Shown here piece after piece: positions 12,217-26,555 of a stretch of 64,000 nucleotides of DNA (position 1 is the first letter of the stretch; each line of letters starts with the position of its first letter). A model generated the notes under the pieces. That model saw nothing but the letters and a program-made list of their open reading frames with translations. It made no database searches and was not told the DNA's origin. Source of the DNA: Vicugna vicugna. Its lineage: Eukaryota. The translations under genes and the position numbers were made by a program. The DNA is taken from the NCBI GenBank assembly GCA_013265495.1, contig MU058584.1, positions 3,850,508-3,914,507 of the forward strand, written 5' to 3'.

Positions 12217-12812
12217 TGCTGTGTTGCTGCTGTCTGTGGCTGCCTGACAACTACCCCCAAATGTAACGACTTAAGAAAATGATTTTAGTTTGCTCCCCTT
12301 TTCATGGGTAGGAATTTGAACAGGACCGGATGTGGCAGCTTGTCTGTGTGTCATGTGGGGTCAACTGGAGTGGCCCAAGGGGTGAAGGACGTCCCTCTAA
12401 GAGGCTCACCCACATGGCTGACTGTTGGCTGAGAGCTTGGCAGGGACTGTTGACCTCGCCCTGCCAACTTGGTGGTCTTGGGGTTGGTTGGGGTCATCTG
12501 ACTTCTTATATGGCAGCTCAGGGCTTCCAAAGAGAAAGCCAGGAGGGGAAAACTGCCCTTAAGACTCAGACTCCCCTCGACACAAGGGTTTGTAAAAAAA
12601 TAGAATAAGAATAAAAAAAAAGAAAAGAAGAAAAAAATTTAAAAAAAATAAAAAAATAAAAGACTCAGGCTCAGAGACTGGCGTGGTGTCACTCCCACCA
12701 TATTCTGTCATGAAAGCAGTCGCAGAGACCACTCAGATTCCAGGGAAGTGGACATCGACCCTACCACTCTGTGCGAAGAGTGTCACAGATCAGGGGCCAC
12801 CTTTAATCCACA
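12217..12812 (-). mobile_element. MaLR LTR (MLT1H-like), host of the 28S retrocopy
   Basis: Reverse complement starts TGTGGATTAAAGGTGGCC; internal GGCTCACCCACATGGCTG and GTCACTCCCACCATATTCT motifs. Confidence 0.7.
12574..12659 (+). pseudogene. Tiny retroposed 28S rRNA 3'-end fragment with A-rich tail (SINE28-like retrocopy)
   Basis: CCCTCGACACAAGGGTTTGT (12574-12593) matches the recalled mammalian 28S rRNA 3' terminus. A-rich tail follows. TSD AAGACTCAGACTC (12561-12573) / AAGACTCAGGCTC (12660-12672); insertion site TT|AAGA. Confidence 0.8.
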
Positions 12813-13049
12813 ATAAGAAAAACTTGCTGATTGCCAATATAGGCCCCCAAGATTGTATACATCCCGGCCTCAGGAGGGCAGGGAGTGAGCGTGGGCAGAA
12901 CATAGCCCAGACCCTGGATTTGCTCCTGGGCTTGCTACTGGTATCCCGGTAAGGTAATGAGCAAGTTGCAAATACTGGATAAATGCTGTTGTCAATTGTA
13001 CCTGCCACATTCCCTTAAATATGTCACCACACTGGGGACAAATACAATC

Positions 13050-13510
13050 AGTGAGTCAGAGAATCTCTATCAAGCAGACATTACACTAGGTGATAGGAAC
13101 ACGACAGTTCACAAAATACCCTGCCATAGCCCTTGCCTCATAGAGGGTATGGTCTAGTGCAGAAGACAGTTATTTATCAAATAATTTCTTTAAAAAATGA
13201 AAAGTTACATCTGATAGACGTGCCGCAAAGGAAAGATGTATGGTGCAGTGAGAGGTGGAGATCAGGGAAGACTTCCCCAAAGAAGTGAGGACTGAACTAA
13301 GATCTAAAAGATAGGTGATGAGGGGGAGGATTGAATATCCTGGCAGTAGAAATGGGCTTCAGCAAAGTGCCTGGGCAGAAGGAAACTTGGTGAGGATGGG
13401 AAGCCAGAGAAGACCAGTGTGCTAGAGAGGAGTGAGCGGTGAGGGGAAGCCAGTGCAAGCTGAGGCTGGAGAGGAGAAAGGGGCCGAGACCGCAGGGCTG
13501 TGGAGACCAT
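13050..13510 (-). mobile_element. L2 LINE fragment
   Basis: CCTTGCCTCATAGAG..TATGGTCTAGTG, ATCAGGGAAGACTTCCCCAAAGAAGTGA and GCAAAGTGCCTGGG motifs. Confidence 0.7.
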
Positions 13511-14559
13511 TGGGTGGTATGTGGACACCTTGCCCGGTGCCTAGCAATTTCGATCCATTCATCCAGCCATCCATCTGTTCTTTCACCTACCCATCTGTCC
13601 ACTCACCATCCACTCAGTCATCAAAACCTGCCTGGTCACTCACCTTCCATGTGCTGGAGGTATAGAGATAAACAAGACCACTTCATCTCTACCTTTACAG
13701 AGCCCACGTCCACCCATACCGGGTGTTCGAGTCTTTACTACCTTTACCAGTCAACGAGATGGCTAAAGGCCTCTCTGGTTCTGGTATCCAAGGATAACAT
13801 CTCACAAACCTCACACTTAATTCACCCCCACTTCCAGTCATGCTTATTCGAAAATACATCTTCTGGTCACAAAGAGACCTTGGTGCTAGATCAGGAATGA
13901 TCTGACCCAGCTGCTCCTGGAAATCCCTCAGGGACTACCAACAGTGATGCCACACTGTGCTGTCCCTCATGCCACAGGGGCAGGTCTAGCCACATCCTGG
14001 GGACAGTCATAGGCTACTTCCCTCTTCTGTCAAAGACATTTTTTTCTTCATAGCCCTGCTGGCTCCAATCACATAATTCTCCCCGGGGGCGCTCTGATAG
14101 ATGTCTACTGTAAGAGAATTGTTCTGCTAGTCAATTCAACTAGACTTAGCTGAGCTCACGTTAGTTCCATTCTGTTCAGCGGCACTCAGCTCAACTCAGC
14201 CCAGTCCATCCATCCATCTGTCCATCTATGCTTTTAACAAGTATTCTTCAAGTGCTTTTCTGTTTCAAAGCCTATCTTGGACCTGGGGATCCTGCAGGGG
14301 TTGCATACACCAACCAACTCATTTCCCCTTTCCAATCAAAAGGGTATCAGTGTATGGCGGTGGAGAGAAGACCGGACTTAGAGCGGGACTTCCCTGTTTG
14401 CAACTTTTCCTGGTACTTATTTACTGTCTTGGGCAATATCATCAACCTGTCTGAGCCACAGTTTCCTTGTCTTATAGCAGGAATCATAATACCTATGTTG
14501 TGGGAGATTTTTCAGGATAAAATTCATAGAAAGCACTCAGAAATGGTATCCATTCCCAA

Positions 14560-15240
14560 CATAGTAGATGACCATAGACAAAGGGACATCACTGGGAAAT
14601 TTCTAAACACTGCAGACCAGAAAAGATCCTAAGGGTTTTCACAGAGACAAAATAGGTCAATTACAAGGACCAGAAAACACACTGACTACAGACTTTTAAA
14701 AGCACAACAACAATGGACAAATTTCCTGTGCTGGGTAAGATGGCAAGCACACCTCCACCCAGACCCTCCATGGATTGCCCTGTAAAACCTGGACGGAAGG
14801 ATACAGCGGCTGTTTGAGGACTCTGAAAGGTAAATAGTAGCAGGCAGATTGAGGAAGAAAACCAGAATTCAAAATACTGGCGAATCAGCAGAGTGTGTAT
14901 CATTTTTCCCTTTGGAATACCCAGTCTGGACTCAGGGCAGTATGACAGTGATGCCAGCAATAGCTTGAGGTGCCAAAAAATGAAATATCATTCAGCACGG
15001 AGAAGGAACAAATTATGGATTCATGCATAGAATGGATGATTTGTAGACCCATTTTGCTAAGTGAAATAAGCCAGATCCAAAAGACTATTGTATTATTCCA
15101 TGTAGTGAAGCTTCCGGGAAAGCCCACGCTATAGGGACAGAAAACAGATCAGTGATTGCTAGGGGATGAGGTGCAGGGAAGATCTGACTATGAAAAGAAT
15201 GGGGCATGAGGGCATTTTTACAGGGAAAAAATGGTATCCA
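14560..15240 (+). mobile_element. Composite old L1 fragments
   Basis: ORF1-like relic, 5'-end-like AAGATGGC segment, and 3' relic TGCTAAGTGAAATAAGCCAG...ACAGATCAGTGATTGCTAGGGG. Confidence 0.55.
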
Positions 15241-16049
15241 TTAATTCCTCTCAATTTTTATAGTCCTCTCTGGACGTAAAGGAAAGACTAAGTGAAAAAG
15301 ACCTAAAACTCACCACGACACCTGGAAAAGAGGAGAACCCACGAGGGAGGAGGGCACCTACCACTATAATGTAGTCCTGACTCTTTTTCTGCCCTTGATT
15401 CACCATATTCCTCAAAGATCCCTTTGACACCACTGCTGAATTCTTTTGGGGAAATTGACATTTACCTAAGTTACTTTGTTACATCCCTGGGCTCAGGCTG
15501 ACCCTTGATTTCTTGTGTTCAGAATCAGGACTGTGCAGCTGAGCGCATCTTCACATTTCCCTCCGTGCTATGCCTGCCCACTCCCCTTAAGCAGAGAAAA
15601 AATATGGGGCACAGAGGGAATGGTGGCAGCCCACCCAGCCCACCAATCCAGCAGAATCCTGGTGGAAGCAGAGTTAGGGACGTCCTATAGTATTGATAAT
15701 GGAGGCCAGGACAAGAGGGAAAAAAAGAGCAGCAGTACATTCAAAGGTAAGGACACAGCAAAGAAAGTGAAGCCACATCAGTGCGTGTTCTCCCCAATCT
15801 TTTCTCTCCACAACATAGACTATGGTGTCATTAAACATCCATTCACAGAGGTGCCAACTCCAGTCTAAAAATAGATGGGCAACTCAGACATGGGATTCCT
15901 GGTGTTCTGCATCCTCAGGGTCCCTAAACTTGGGAAAGCATTCCCTTTTATCTCTCATTGTTTTCCACTCATGGCTGAAATCAGACCCAGGTTTCTTGTC
16001 TAAAAAGATTACCTCCCATTCAGCTGCTCCCTAGAGTTATCGCAAGTGA

Positions 16050-16352
<303 letters not shown>

Positions 16353-16674
16353 TGAACAGTTCTCTAGTCAAAAGCCAGGGAGGCAGTTCCAATCTGCCCC
16401 TAAGGCCTCTCATTCAATTTCTCAGTTAACCTCAGGGGTCCTGGGGTGGCTTACGCTAGAGACTCAGACCTGGGAGCCCAAGAAATGGCTAGGAGCATCC
16501 AGACAGTTCTGTTCAAGGGGATGTCTAGATTTAAACCTGCATTTCTACAGTGCTTAAAGGTGATTTTCAAACTGAAGTATGAATGGGGAGGAGGTAGGGA
16601 AAGGTGGGGTAAGGAGGGATGATAACATTTACACAGTAAATTGTATTTTTTTTAAGCTTCCAATTTCCAAAGAC

Positions 16675-16970
16675 TTTTTTCCTTTTCTTTAAATTGAAAT
16701 ATAGTCAGTTTACAATGCTTTATCAATTTCTGAAGTACAGAGTAATATTTCAGTCATACATATACATACATAGATTTGTTTTTGTTTTCTTTTTCATTAT
16801 AGGTTACTACAAGATACTGAAAATAATTCCCCATGCTATATAGTGTAAACTTGTTTATTTCATATGTAGTGGTTAGTATCTGCAAATCTTGAACTCCCAA
16901 TTTATCCCTTTCCACCCGCTTTCCCCCCAGTAACCATAAATTTAATTTCTATATCTGTAAGTTTGTTTCT
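16675..16970 (-). mobile_element. LINE-1 3' UTR fragment
   Basis: T-rich start, then ATTGAAATATAGTCAGTTTACAATG...TAGGTTACTACAAGATACTG...AACTCCCAATTTATCCCT. Confidence 0.8.
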
Positions 16971-19439
16971 ACATAGTAAACTTTAGAGCAGAAAACATAC
17001 TGTATTTCATTCAAGGATATTCATTCCAAATGGATGGATTTTTTTTTTTCTAATCAACTTAAGGCAAATAGCCTTTCACGATTTCATTCTTCTCCTTTCT
17101 CCTCCCTTTGCCCTGGGTGTCTGTCTCACTTCTGGTGGGTAAGGTGGGATAAGGGAGTCCTGCTAATGACACAGGGTCCACCTGGCCTTTGGGCTTCATC
17201 TGGCAACTACTGCTAGTGGTCATGGTCACTTCCCTGGTGATGAGACCCACACATGCTGCTCCTTCTCCATGTAACCCCAGCTCTTTCTCAGTCCCTTGGC
17301 TCTTTGAGTCCCCACCAGGGTCCCTGAGGGTGTCTGAATCTCCTGTATACCTCATGAGGAACCAGAAATTTTATCTGATGTTGCTTGTTGATCTGGGAAC
17401 CTATGAGGCCCCATCTTCTCAAAGAACTACTTTTTCCCTCTTTTCTTTTACCACCTCACCTGGGGTCTCTGCTAGCTTGCTCTAAGCCAAGCCAAGGTGT
17501 CTTGAGCCCAGTCTGGTTCTTTCCAAATTTCTCCCAGTACCACCCTAGCCCCGAAAGTTCTTTTTTCCTCCTGTGTGGTTGGGACTTTCCCTAACCTTCC
17601 ATCCTGCGTCATCCCTGCTCTGTGCTTTGCTCTCTGGACCACTCTCCAGCATTTGGTTCTTGATAAGCAACAGTCTGGCTTTAAAGGTTGTGAGCAAACC
17701 ACATCCTCTCTTTGAAAGCTTCACTTTCAGGTCTATAGGATGCTAGAGATATTCAGCGTTTAGAGACAGACCGAAACTGGGCAATTTCATCCTAGGTCTT
17801 ATCCACTCTCCTCATCTCTGGGAGTGAAGCCTAAGTTTCATTTGTCTTAGAGGCTGAAGGGTGATGGGGAAAAAAATACATATATTACAGAAAAAAGAAA
17901 ATGTACCAGGTGATACTTCAAAACATTGCCCTACTCACTAGTGATTAGGGAGGTAAAAATGGACGTGGAAGAACCCTCTGATTTCAGGAGAGTCTGCTTA
18001 TGCCACACATCTGAGAAAGAGCAGCGGAGAAATGGCTGGCGTCACTCTCTCCTGAAGAAACCTCAGGGAGTAGAAATAAATGGGAGGAACTGATGCAGGG
18101 AGGGAAGTGGGATTGGAACCGGCTGAGGTGTGGACCAGAGACCTAGGGAAAGTAGGAGTTCCCAGTGGGGATGAGGGGGCTGAGCCATTTGCTTTCAAAC
18201 TGGAAGGGGAAGAAATCAAAACAACTTTCCTTTATAAATAGCTGAGGAAGACAACGCTGTATATCTTAATGAGCCAGCGGGGATTCTTATTGTTTGTTTG
18301 GTTTTGTTTTGTTTTTTTTTTTTTTTTGCATGTAATAGAGGAAAAATATTTAAGTAGTGGAGGGAAAGAGAGGGACTTTTACATTTGTCGTGTAAGACCC
18401 CAGGAGAGCCAGGACTGATGGAGAAAATAGGACCGCTTCATCTATTTTTAAACAAAATAGAGCACTGGGATTGCAGAGGTTTTCTTTTTTCTGCTTTTGA
18501 AACAGATATCAAAGAACATTTAGAGCTGAGACCTGATGCAGGGATGTGGGGGCCCACCAAGCAGTTTAGGCAAGGGAGAAGGGGAGAGGGGAGCTTTATG
18601 GACATGGAGTCCTCAGCCCCGGGCAGAACCCCAGACTCCAGGATCCTCAGGCCTTGAGTAGCGAGCCCAGCTTACAGACACCTGTTCATTCTGCCAAGGG
18701 TTGGGCCACCTCTGTTTGCCAAATGTGGCTGTGTTCCTCACCCAACAGGGAAAGAGGTGGCCCGTGCAAGGGGTTATGGCCAACATAGAAAACACTTTCT
18801 TATTTAAATTCTTCCTTCTTTCTCTCTAGTCAGTATTTTTTGGCTGCTAAGTGGAAGGAAAGGTTTTGCTCTCTGCCATCCTTTTATATCTCCTTAGAGA
18901 AAGAAAAGATCTTACTTTCCCCAAAATTTGATACATTGGGAGTAAATCCATTAAGAGGAGAAGATGAAAGTTCACTCGAGAGGCAGGTGAATAGAATTTG
19001 AATTCAGAGTTTGAGCTTATCTGGGCTGTAGTCAGGAAGGCCCCGAGTGCTGTTTGGCGACCAGCATCAGAGCTCATGGCAAACCTTTGCCACCTGTCGG
19101 AAAGCTGGGAGGCTGAGGATCACAGGAGCCTCCCCTCTAGTCGGGGTGGATGGGGAGAAGCAGACAATAAATGAAAGAAGTAAATTAAATGTGTATCAGA
19201 AGGTGATCTAGGGTAAATGACTGCTGAAAGTTTTACTTCTCCCAGAGTTATTTGCATTCCATATGTAAAGGAGTCAAACTAACAGAATGAATTATGTGAT
19301 GAAAGAATGCTGTGTGTTCATTTGGGAAATGCTTCCAAGCATCTATTTTGTGTGGGTCACTGTGGGATTTATAAACATGAATCGGACATATACCAGGTCT
19401 TTCTCACACCTGGGTGTAAGAATTATCAGCCAGTTTTAG

Positions 19440-19934
<495 letters not shown>

Positions 19935-20082
19935 TGAGTCTGACGCCTGGGGGTCCCGACCCTTTGTCCTACCTCTCCGGGTGGGTACTGCCTGAGGGAG
20001 AGGAGATGCCCCCAACCTTCACCAAAGGCTCCAATATCTCCATCCAGCAAATGGACGCTGCTGCACCACTCTCCCAGCCCCA

Positions 20083-20161
20083 ACCTGGGAGGAAGGCCCC
20101 GCCCCCACCTGGGAGGAAGGCCCCGCCCCCACCTGGGAGGAAGGCCCCGCCCACCCACCTG
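20083..20161. repeat. 24-bp minisatellite (ACCTGGGAGGAAGGCCCCGCCCCC) x3
   Basis: Units start at 20083, 20107 and 20131; the first two are identical and the third differs only at its end. Confidence 0.95.
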
Positions 20162-21673
20162 CACGCAGCGATCCCCAGGAAGTATTGCCGGCCTGACTGC
20201 TTATCCTCCACGCTCCCGCCAGGGCTCTCTGCAGCCTTGTCCCTCCAGTGCCTTCTCCGGGCCTCCCTCCCTGCCCAGTGCCTTGCCGACACATACCTCA
20301 CTGTCACCACTGTCCCATGACATCCACAACAGCTATCTCATGGCACTTTCAGAGCTATTGACAATACTGACTTTCTATATGTTTGCCAACTTATGAAAAT
20401 GTCCACAACATATTAAGAGGATAAATTGGTTATACAACAACGTATATACAGTAATCGGGTCATATACAGTGTGTGTGTCAGTGTGTGTATGTGCTTTTGC
20501 ATAAACAACAAATTAGAAACAAACGTAATAAAGTTTCCAGTCCTTCTCTCTAGGAGGTGATTCTAAAAGTGATTTTCATTTACTTCCTCAAGTTTCTTTT
20601 GAATTGTACAAATTTCCTACAGTAAACCTTTATGGTTTTTATAATCAGAAAAAAAAATGTTATTTTAAAAAAGTTTATCAGTGGTTTCCAGAACAAAACC
20701 CCAAACAACTCACTCATGTCCTATTCTTTCTTTGTGGTTTTGTCAGTGCATAAATGGTACTGATAGGTTGGTTTGTGAAATTCATTTTTTGCTGATCTAT
20801 TGACTACTTAATGAGATGTTTCCCCAATGTAATTACCTATATATCTAGAGGCAAGGGAGGGAATTTGGGGTCCCCAGGGCAGACAAGAGGGAAAATAGCT
20901 CTGGACACTGGGTCTTGTGCTCCACTGTGAAGTAATCAGTCACCCAGGGCCTGAATCTCAGAGCTGGGCACCAAGTCCTGAGTGATCTGTAATTAGCTCT
21001 GTGAAACCAGAAACATTCACATCGTGGTCAGCAGGGACCCCAGGCATCTCCAGATATCCCCAGCTAAGGATCTCTGCTCCTTCTTGGGCGACCCTGTCCT
21101 CAAGGCCTCCTTCAAACAAAGCCCCACCCATTCCACTGCAGTAAAAAGCTCTGAGCCAGAATCCCAAACCCCAGTTCTTATTCAGAGTCTTTTTCTCCTC
21201 TCAATCCTGGAAAGTCATAAAAGCTGTCTGATTCATGTTTACAATCTTCAAGTGGGAATAAAAACAGTTGGATTCTGTCTCCCTCTTGAGTTTATTATTA
21301 GGATAAAATTAAATAATGCATGTGAGAGCACCTTGAAAAACATAGCATGCCATATCAATGTGAAGTACACCTAATTTTATTATTAAATTTTATCATTATT
21401 TTGGCGTGCCACTTTTGTGTCTTGATGAATGTCCATCCCCAAGGCATGGGATTTTAACCTAGAGATTGCTGGACCATTCAAAGGGTTCCTTACACATCAG
21501 TCTTGTTCTCCTCTTTCTCCTGCCCTCCCCTGCCCAGCTCCCTGTCCCTTCTCTTTCTTGCCATGGCCAAGTCACTGGTCCTTTTTTATAACAATATTTG
21601 CGGTGAGTCCCAGGCCCATCGGGGAGCAGAGGAGGAGGCATTCTCCCAGCGGTGACCCTCCTGACCTGGTTGA

Positions 21674-22003
<330 letters not shown>

Positions 22004-22129
22004 TAATTCCACAGGGGGAGCAGCCATGTAAGGAATGGTATGAAAACCTCCAGATCATCTGCTATCTGGGGGTTATCTGTCTTAAGACAGTTTTTTCTGA
22101 TTCTAACATGAGGGCAAAGGAAAGGACCA

Positions 22130-22760
22130 TCATTCATCCCATAAGCAATCATTGAGGGCCCACCACATGCCCAGTGCTATTCTGGGTGCTGTGCTGACAA
22201 ATACGAAGTTCCTGGTCTTTAACATTTACGCTGTAGTGAAGGAAGGAAAAATCAGAAAGAAAAAGAAAAATGTCAGGTACTGATCAGTGTGAAGCAGAAA
22301 TGATAACTGGGATGATGTGTTGGAGTGTCTGGCTAGCTCCTTTGAGAGGGTGGTTGAGAAGGGGACATTTAAGCTGAGTGACAAGAAAGAACTAGTCAGG
22401 GAAAAATTGGAAGGAGAGCATTCCTGGCCAAGCAACGTGTTAGTGCAGAGATTTCTAAGTGGAATAGGCTTGCTGTCTTCAGGAATCACCAGGCGGGTGT
22501 GGGTGAGCCTGGTGGGTGCAGGCTACAGCGGCAGGGCCCGTGGTGCAGGAAGTTGAGGGCCAAGGTGAGGGAGCTGAAAGGCACCTGGATCTGATCTGCT
22601 TCATGGAAAACTCACTCCCCGGGCTTTGGAGACAGATCAGGTGGGGAAGTGAGAGTGGGGGTGAGGAGATTGACACGGAGGCTATCTCTGTTGTTGAAGG
22701 GGGACGATGGGAGATTGTCTAGAGAGCTGATGCGATGTCTCAGTGAGGATTTTGACCAGG
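22130..22760 (-). mobile_element. L2 LINE fragment
   Basis: TCATTCATCCCATAAGCAATCATTGAG...GGGACATTTAAGCTGAG...GAGCATTCCTGGC. Confidence 0.65.
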
Positions 22761-22799
22761 AGAGGCTGGAGCTCATGCAGTGGGAGCGAGTGGGAGTTT

Positions 22800-23040
22800 A
22801 GGAGCTGGTGTCCAAAAACCTAGGCTTGAGTTCCGGACTTGCTAGCCTCTCTCTGCACCACGGGACCTCGGGCTATTTCCTTTATCCCGGGGAACCTCGC
22901 TTTCCTTACCTATAGGACCAAGATAAAGAGACCTACTCCTCTGAAAATTGCTGTGAGGATTAAAATTGTAAAAATGCATGTAAGAGCTTACTTACGGCAG
23001 AACCAGGCAAGTAATAAATGTGTCAACAGTTACAGCCATT
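22800..23040 (+). mobile_element. MIR SINE
   Basis: AACCTCGCTTTCCTTACCTATA...TTGCTGTGAGGATTAAA...AATAAATGT. Confidence 0.7.
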
Positions 23041-23384
23041 ACTATAAGGAATATTATTAATGATTCCTGGGAAGGCCATTTTCTGTCATCACCAATGGCC
23101 AGGCCAGGAAGGGTAACTTCTAATGGAAAATGATATGGATATACATATATATATGGGGGTGGTGGTGGTGGTGGTGAGCAGAGACAGAGAGAGACAGTGA
23201 AATACAGAGAGACAGAGAGGGGAAATATATATAGAGAGAGAGACACACATTTTATTAAAATATAATTTATAAATTTAGAAATGCTATGCAAATATATTTT
23301 ATATATATATATATAAAAACAAACCCTACTTTGAAGAATGTATTTCTTCTCTCCAGTGTGGACTTGGGTGTGTCTGCCAAATTG

Positions 23385-23960
23385 CTGTGGGAGGGGGATG
23401 TCTTCGGCTGCTTTTCCCCGGCCTGGCGGTGAGGGGCCCGGGCCAGCTTCCCAGCGGAGCCCGGCGGGGACAGCTGGGGAAACGTGCACAGGAGGGGAGG
23501 GAAGCATAGGCGCGGCCAGAGGCCGGCGGGGCTCGCGCAGCATCCCCAGTCTGTGAGGCTGCTCGCAGAGCGGAAAGGCATCCCCAGAAGCGGGGGAAGC
23601 TGCCGGGAGGGTGGCGGGGAGGCGGCGGGCTGGGCGTCCGGGAGCTGCGCGGCTGGAGCAGGGAAGTGTCCCGTCGTGGGGAAAGGAAGACGACAGGGCG
23701 CCCTCGTCGGGCTGGGTACCCTCGCCTGGGTAACCCCCGCCCCCAGGCCCCGCCAGAGGGAGTGCAGCAGGGCCTGCCGGCGAGTCCAGCGGCTAGGACT
23801 GGCTGGTCCCCATCTTTTGCCCGGCCCGTGCGTCCTGGTGCGTCCTGCAGATCATCTCCTCTGTCCTTGCCATCAGCCGCCTTCAGCCTCACCCTCCCTG
23901 ATCTCCGCATCCCTGCAAGGCGGGAAAGGAGCATATCCGTATTGTCGTGGTTGCCTTTGT
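23385..23960. promoter_or_regulatory. Intronic CpG island in the last intron of STYXL2
   Basis: Abrupt GC- and CpG-rich block against CpG-depleted flanks; contains a GC box (CCCCGCCCC) and CTCF-like CCGCCAGAGGGAGTG at 23750-23764. Confidence 0.8.
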
Positions 23961-25564
23961 GGGTAGTATTCCTACTCCACTGAAGACAATTGTCACCACC
24001 CCCAGAGCCTTATTTTCTGTGGTTTTTCTCCACTCTAAGATGCTTCCAAGTCAGTTCTTAACAAGGAGGAAGGCTAAAGGTACACCTGGTTCTGGGCATT
24101 TTACATAATAATCACAAGACCGCCAGGAGAGAGGCTGATATTTTACAAATTGGGAAATCCCTACTCCTGGAAGGTCAAGTGACTGCCACCATGTAATAAT
24201 CAAGATTCCCTTGCTTGCCAGTAAGTTAGAAACCATCTCGAACTACTTAACAAGCAGCAAAGGCATTAATTATAACCAGACAAGGAGAAATTCAAAGACA
24301 GGAAGAAGGGCCAGCATGGTCTGGAGCAAGGACTGGACAACCGCAGGACTCTTGGGTCCATGTTTTCTTTCTCTTTCTCTTTCTACCTCAGAGAGGAGGC
24401 CCTCCTTAGGCCTGACAACTACCACGAACGTCCTGCCTCAGTTGCATTTCCAAATTCCCTGGAGGAAGAGTTTGTCTGGCAAGGTGCTTTGTCTACCCTG
24501 AATTCTAGGCACGGTGGCAAGGCAGGTGGCAAGTACTTCTTGTTTTCCAGAGATACAGAGAAGGGGACAGTTCTGAGGAAAAGGAGAAATACGAGTTGGG
24601 AGGACACAGCACAAATGCCTGCCATATGAAGGCATCTCGAGAATGTGAGGAAACTGGAACCCAGTCTTACTCAAGTCCGGGGCCGCCTCCACTAGCTCTC
24701 CTCTACAAATCTTGAAGGAGAAAGACTACATCTAGACAGACCAGCCCCCACCCCAAATCAGCTCTGCTGCGAATCAAAATGGTGACCGCAAATTAGAGAA
24801 GGACTCTCTTCCTCAAGCCATTTTATTGCTGGAAATTTTTTATCATAACCAAACCAATCGACTTTGAGGTGCAAGGCATCCCCTGGAGCTGTGTTGAGCA
24901 CAAGCTAGCCTTCAGTCTGGCCTTGTGCTGAGCAGAGAAAACAGGGAATCCTGTCGCTGGTCAGGCTGAAGTGGGTAGGAGCCCTGAGTCTGACCCCCCA
25001 CCCCAGCCTCTGCCTTGTCCCTCACACTGTCCCTGAGGTTCCTTGGAGGAATCTCAAGTGCAAGGGACGCAGCACAGAAAAGCATGGCGCCTCCAACCTG
25101 GTCTCCACCAAACTGAGCCTGAGTGTATTTGATACCCTAAGAGGAGGCCAGGCTGTTTGTTCCCTCAGGTGTCCCGAAGTCAGCCAGCCTAGTAACCACC
25201 TCCGGAGGAAGCCAGTGAGACTTGTACTAACGGTAGTAAATTGTGGCCTGGTCAGCCAGTTACAAGAGGTCCTTGATGAGGGACAGCTAAGCCCTCAGCT
25301 GAAGGTGGGAGGGGATAAGACTCTTTCAGTGGCTTTGATTCTGCTTACTCACCTCCCTCTACTGGCTGCTGGCCCTTGGCAATAAGGCCTTTCAGCATCA
25401 TTGGACCTCAGGTCCCCTCAAGTCTTGCCTTGGTCTCTGACCTCTGATGTGACAAAGACATGATCTTAACTGGTGCAAAAATATAATAATAAAAGTCACC
25501 TGCATCCCATATTATAAGATAGGACTCTTCACTGATTTAATAAGTATCCCCAAAGACTGTTGGC

Positions 25565-26555
25565 AAATAGATTGATGGCAGCCTGGAGGGAGATCTCTAG
25601 TGGTCCTAGCATGCATTTTAAACAGTTACCAGAATGAAGGCATAGAAGGCATGTTTGTCATGTTTATGAAGGATGCAAAGCAGAGGGAGAGGCGAGGGGA
25701 TAACTGCACTATTGAATGGTAAAGACTTGCAAAAGCTTCTGTAAGGCCATAAGGACAGGCTCTATCTGCCAAAAACATGAATTGGAATTTGTAAAGTCAT
25801 CCTCACATTTCAAAAATACAAGCTAGAAGAGACATGACTTAATAGCAATTTTTTTAGAAAAGCTTTGTAGGTTTCAGCTGATAAAAAGATAATCTGAGTT
25901 CGTTGTGTGATACATCCACTCACATCGGAAGCTCAGATGGCATCAGTGAAGGCCCAGTGCCCAGAGCAAGAGTGGTGAGGGGTCCACTTGACTCTGTATG
26001 GGTCAGGCCAGGCCTGAAGTAGCTTGCTCCATACTGACACAAATTCCTTAGGAAAAAATGGACAAATTCAAGTTAGACTTGAAGAGAGTGGCTGGTGTAA
26101 TAATGGAACATGAAAAAAAAAATGTTTGGATAATGATCCAAAGACCCAGAATAGCCAGGAAAAGAAAGAAAGAAAAAAAAATTTTAGCGAAGTATATGAC
26201 AGTTATCTTCTTACAGATTTTTGTATAAAAGGCCCAGTTCATACAGATATATTTATTATTAACCCCAGAATGTCAGAGAAGAGCACTGGGTGCCTGTTAT
26301 GTAAAGTTATCCTTTGCCCCAACATGGGAAAGAATTTTCCAAAAAATTGGTTGGATCTAATTATGGGGTGAGAGGGGTGTGTGTGTATGTGTCTGTGTCT
26401 GTCTGCCTGTCTGAGATACTGAGCTCTCTGTCACTGGAAGCATCCAAGCATCCAGCAGAGGCTGGATGATGGATGACCCAGCATCAAGGATGTTGTAAAG
26501 GGAATTCTCAAGTTTACACTGTGGCTTAAGGTACTTTCCAATGCTGAGATTCTAT
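25565..26555 (+). mobile_element. CR1/L3 LINE relic
   Basis: Decayed RT-region segments (GCCTGGAGGGAGATCTCTAGTGG; GAAGGCATGTTTGTCATGTTT), CTGTCACTGGAAG, and a CR1-like 3' end TTCCAATGCTGAGATTCTA. Confidence 0.65.

Noticed and set aside
22992..23983. Several 100-200 aa ORFs on both strands
   Set aside because: Stop-codon scarcity in a CpG island; compositionally biased peptides with no recognisable domain.
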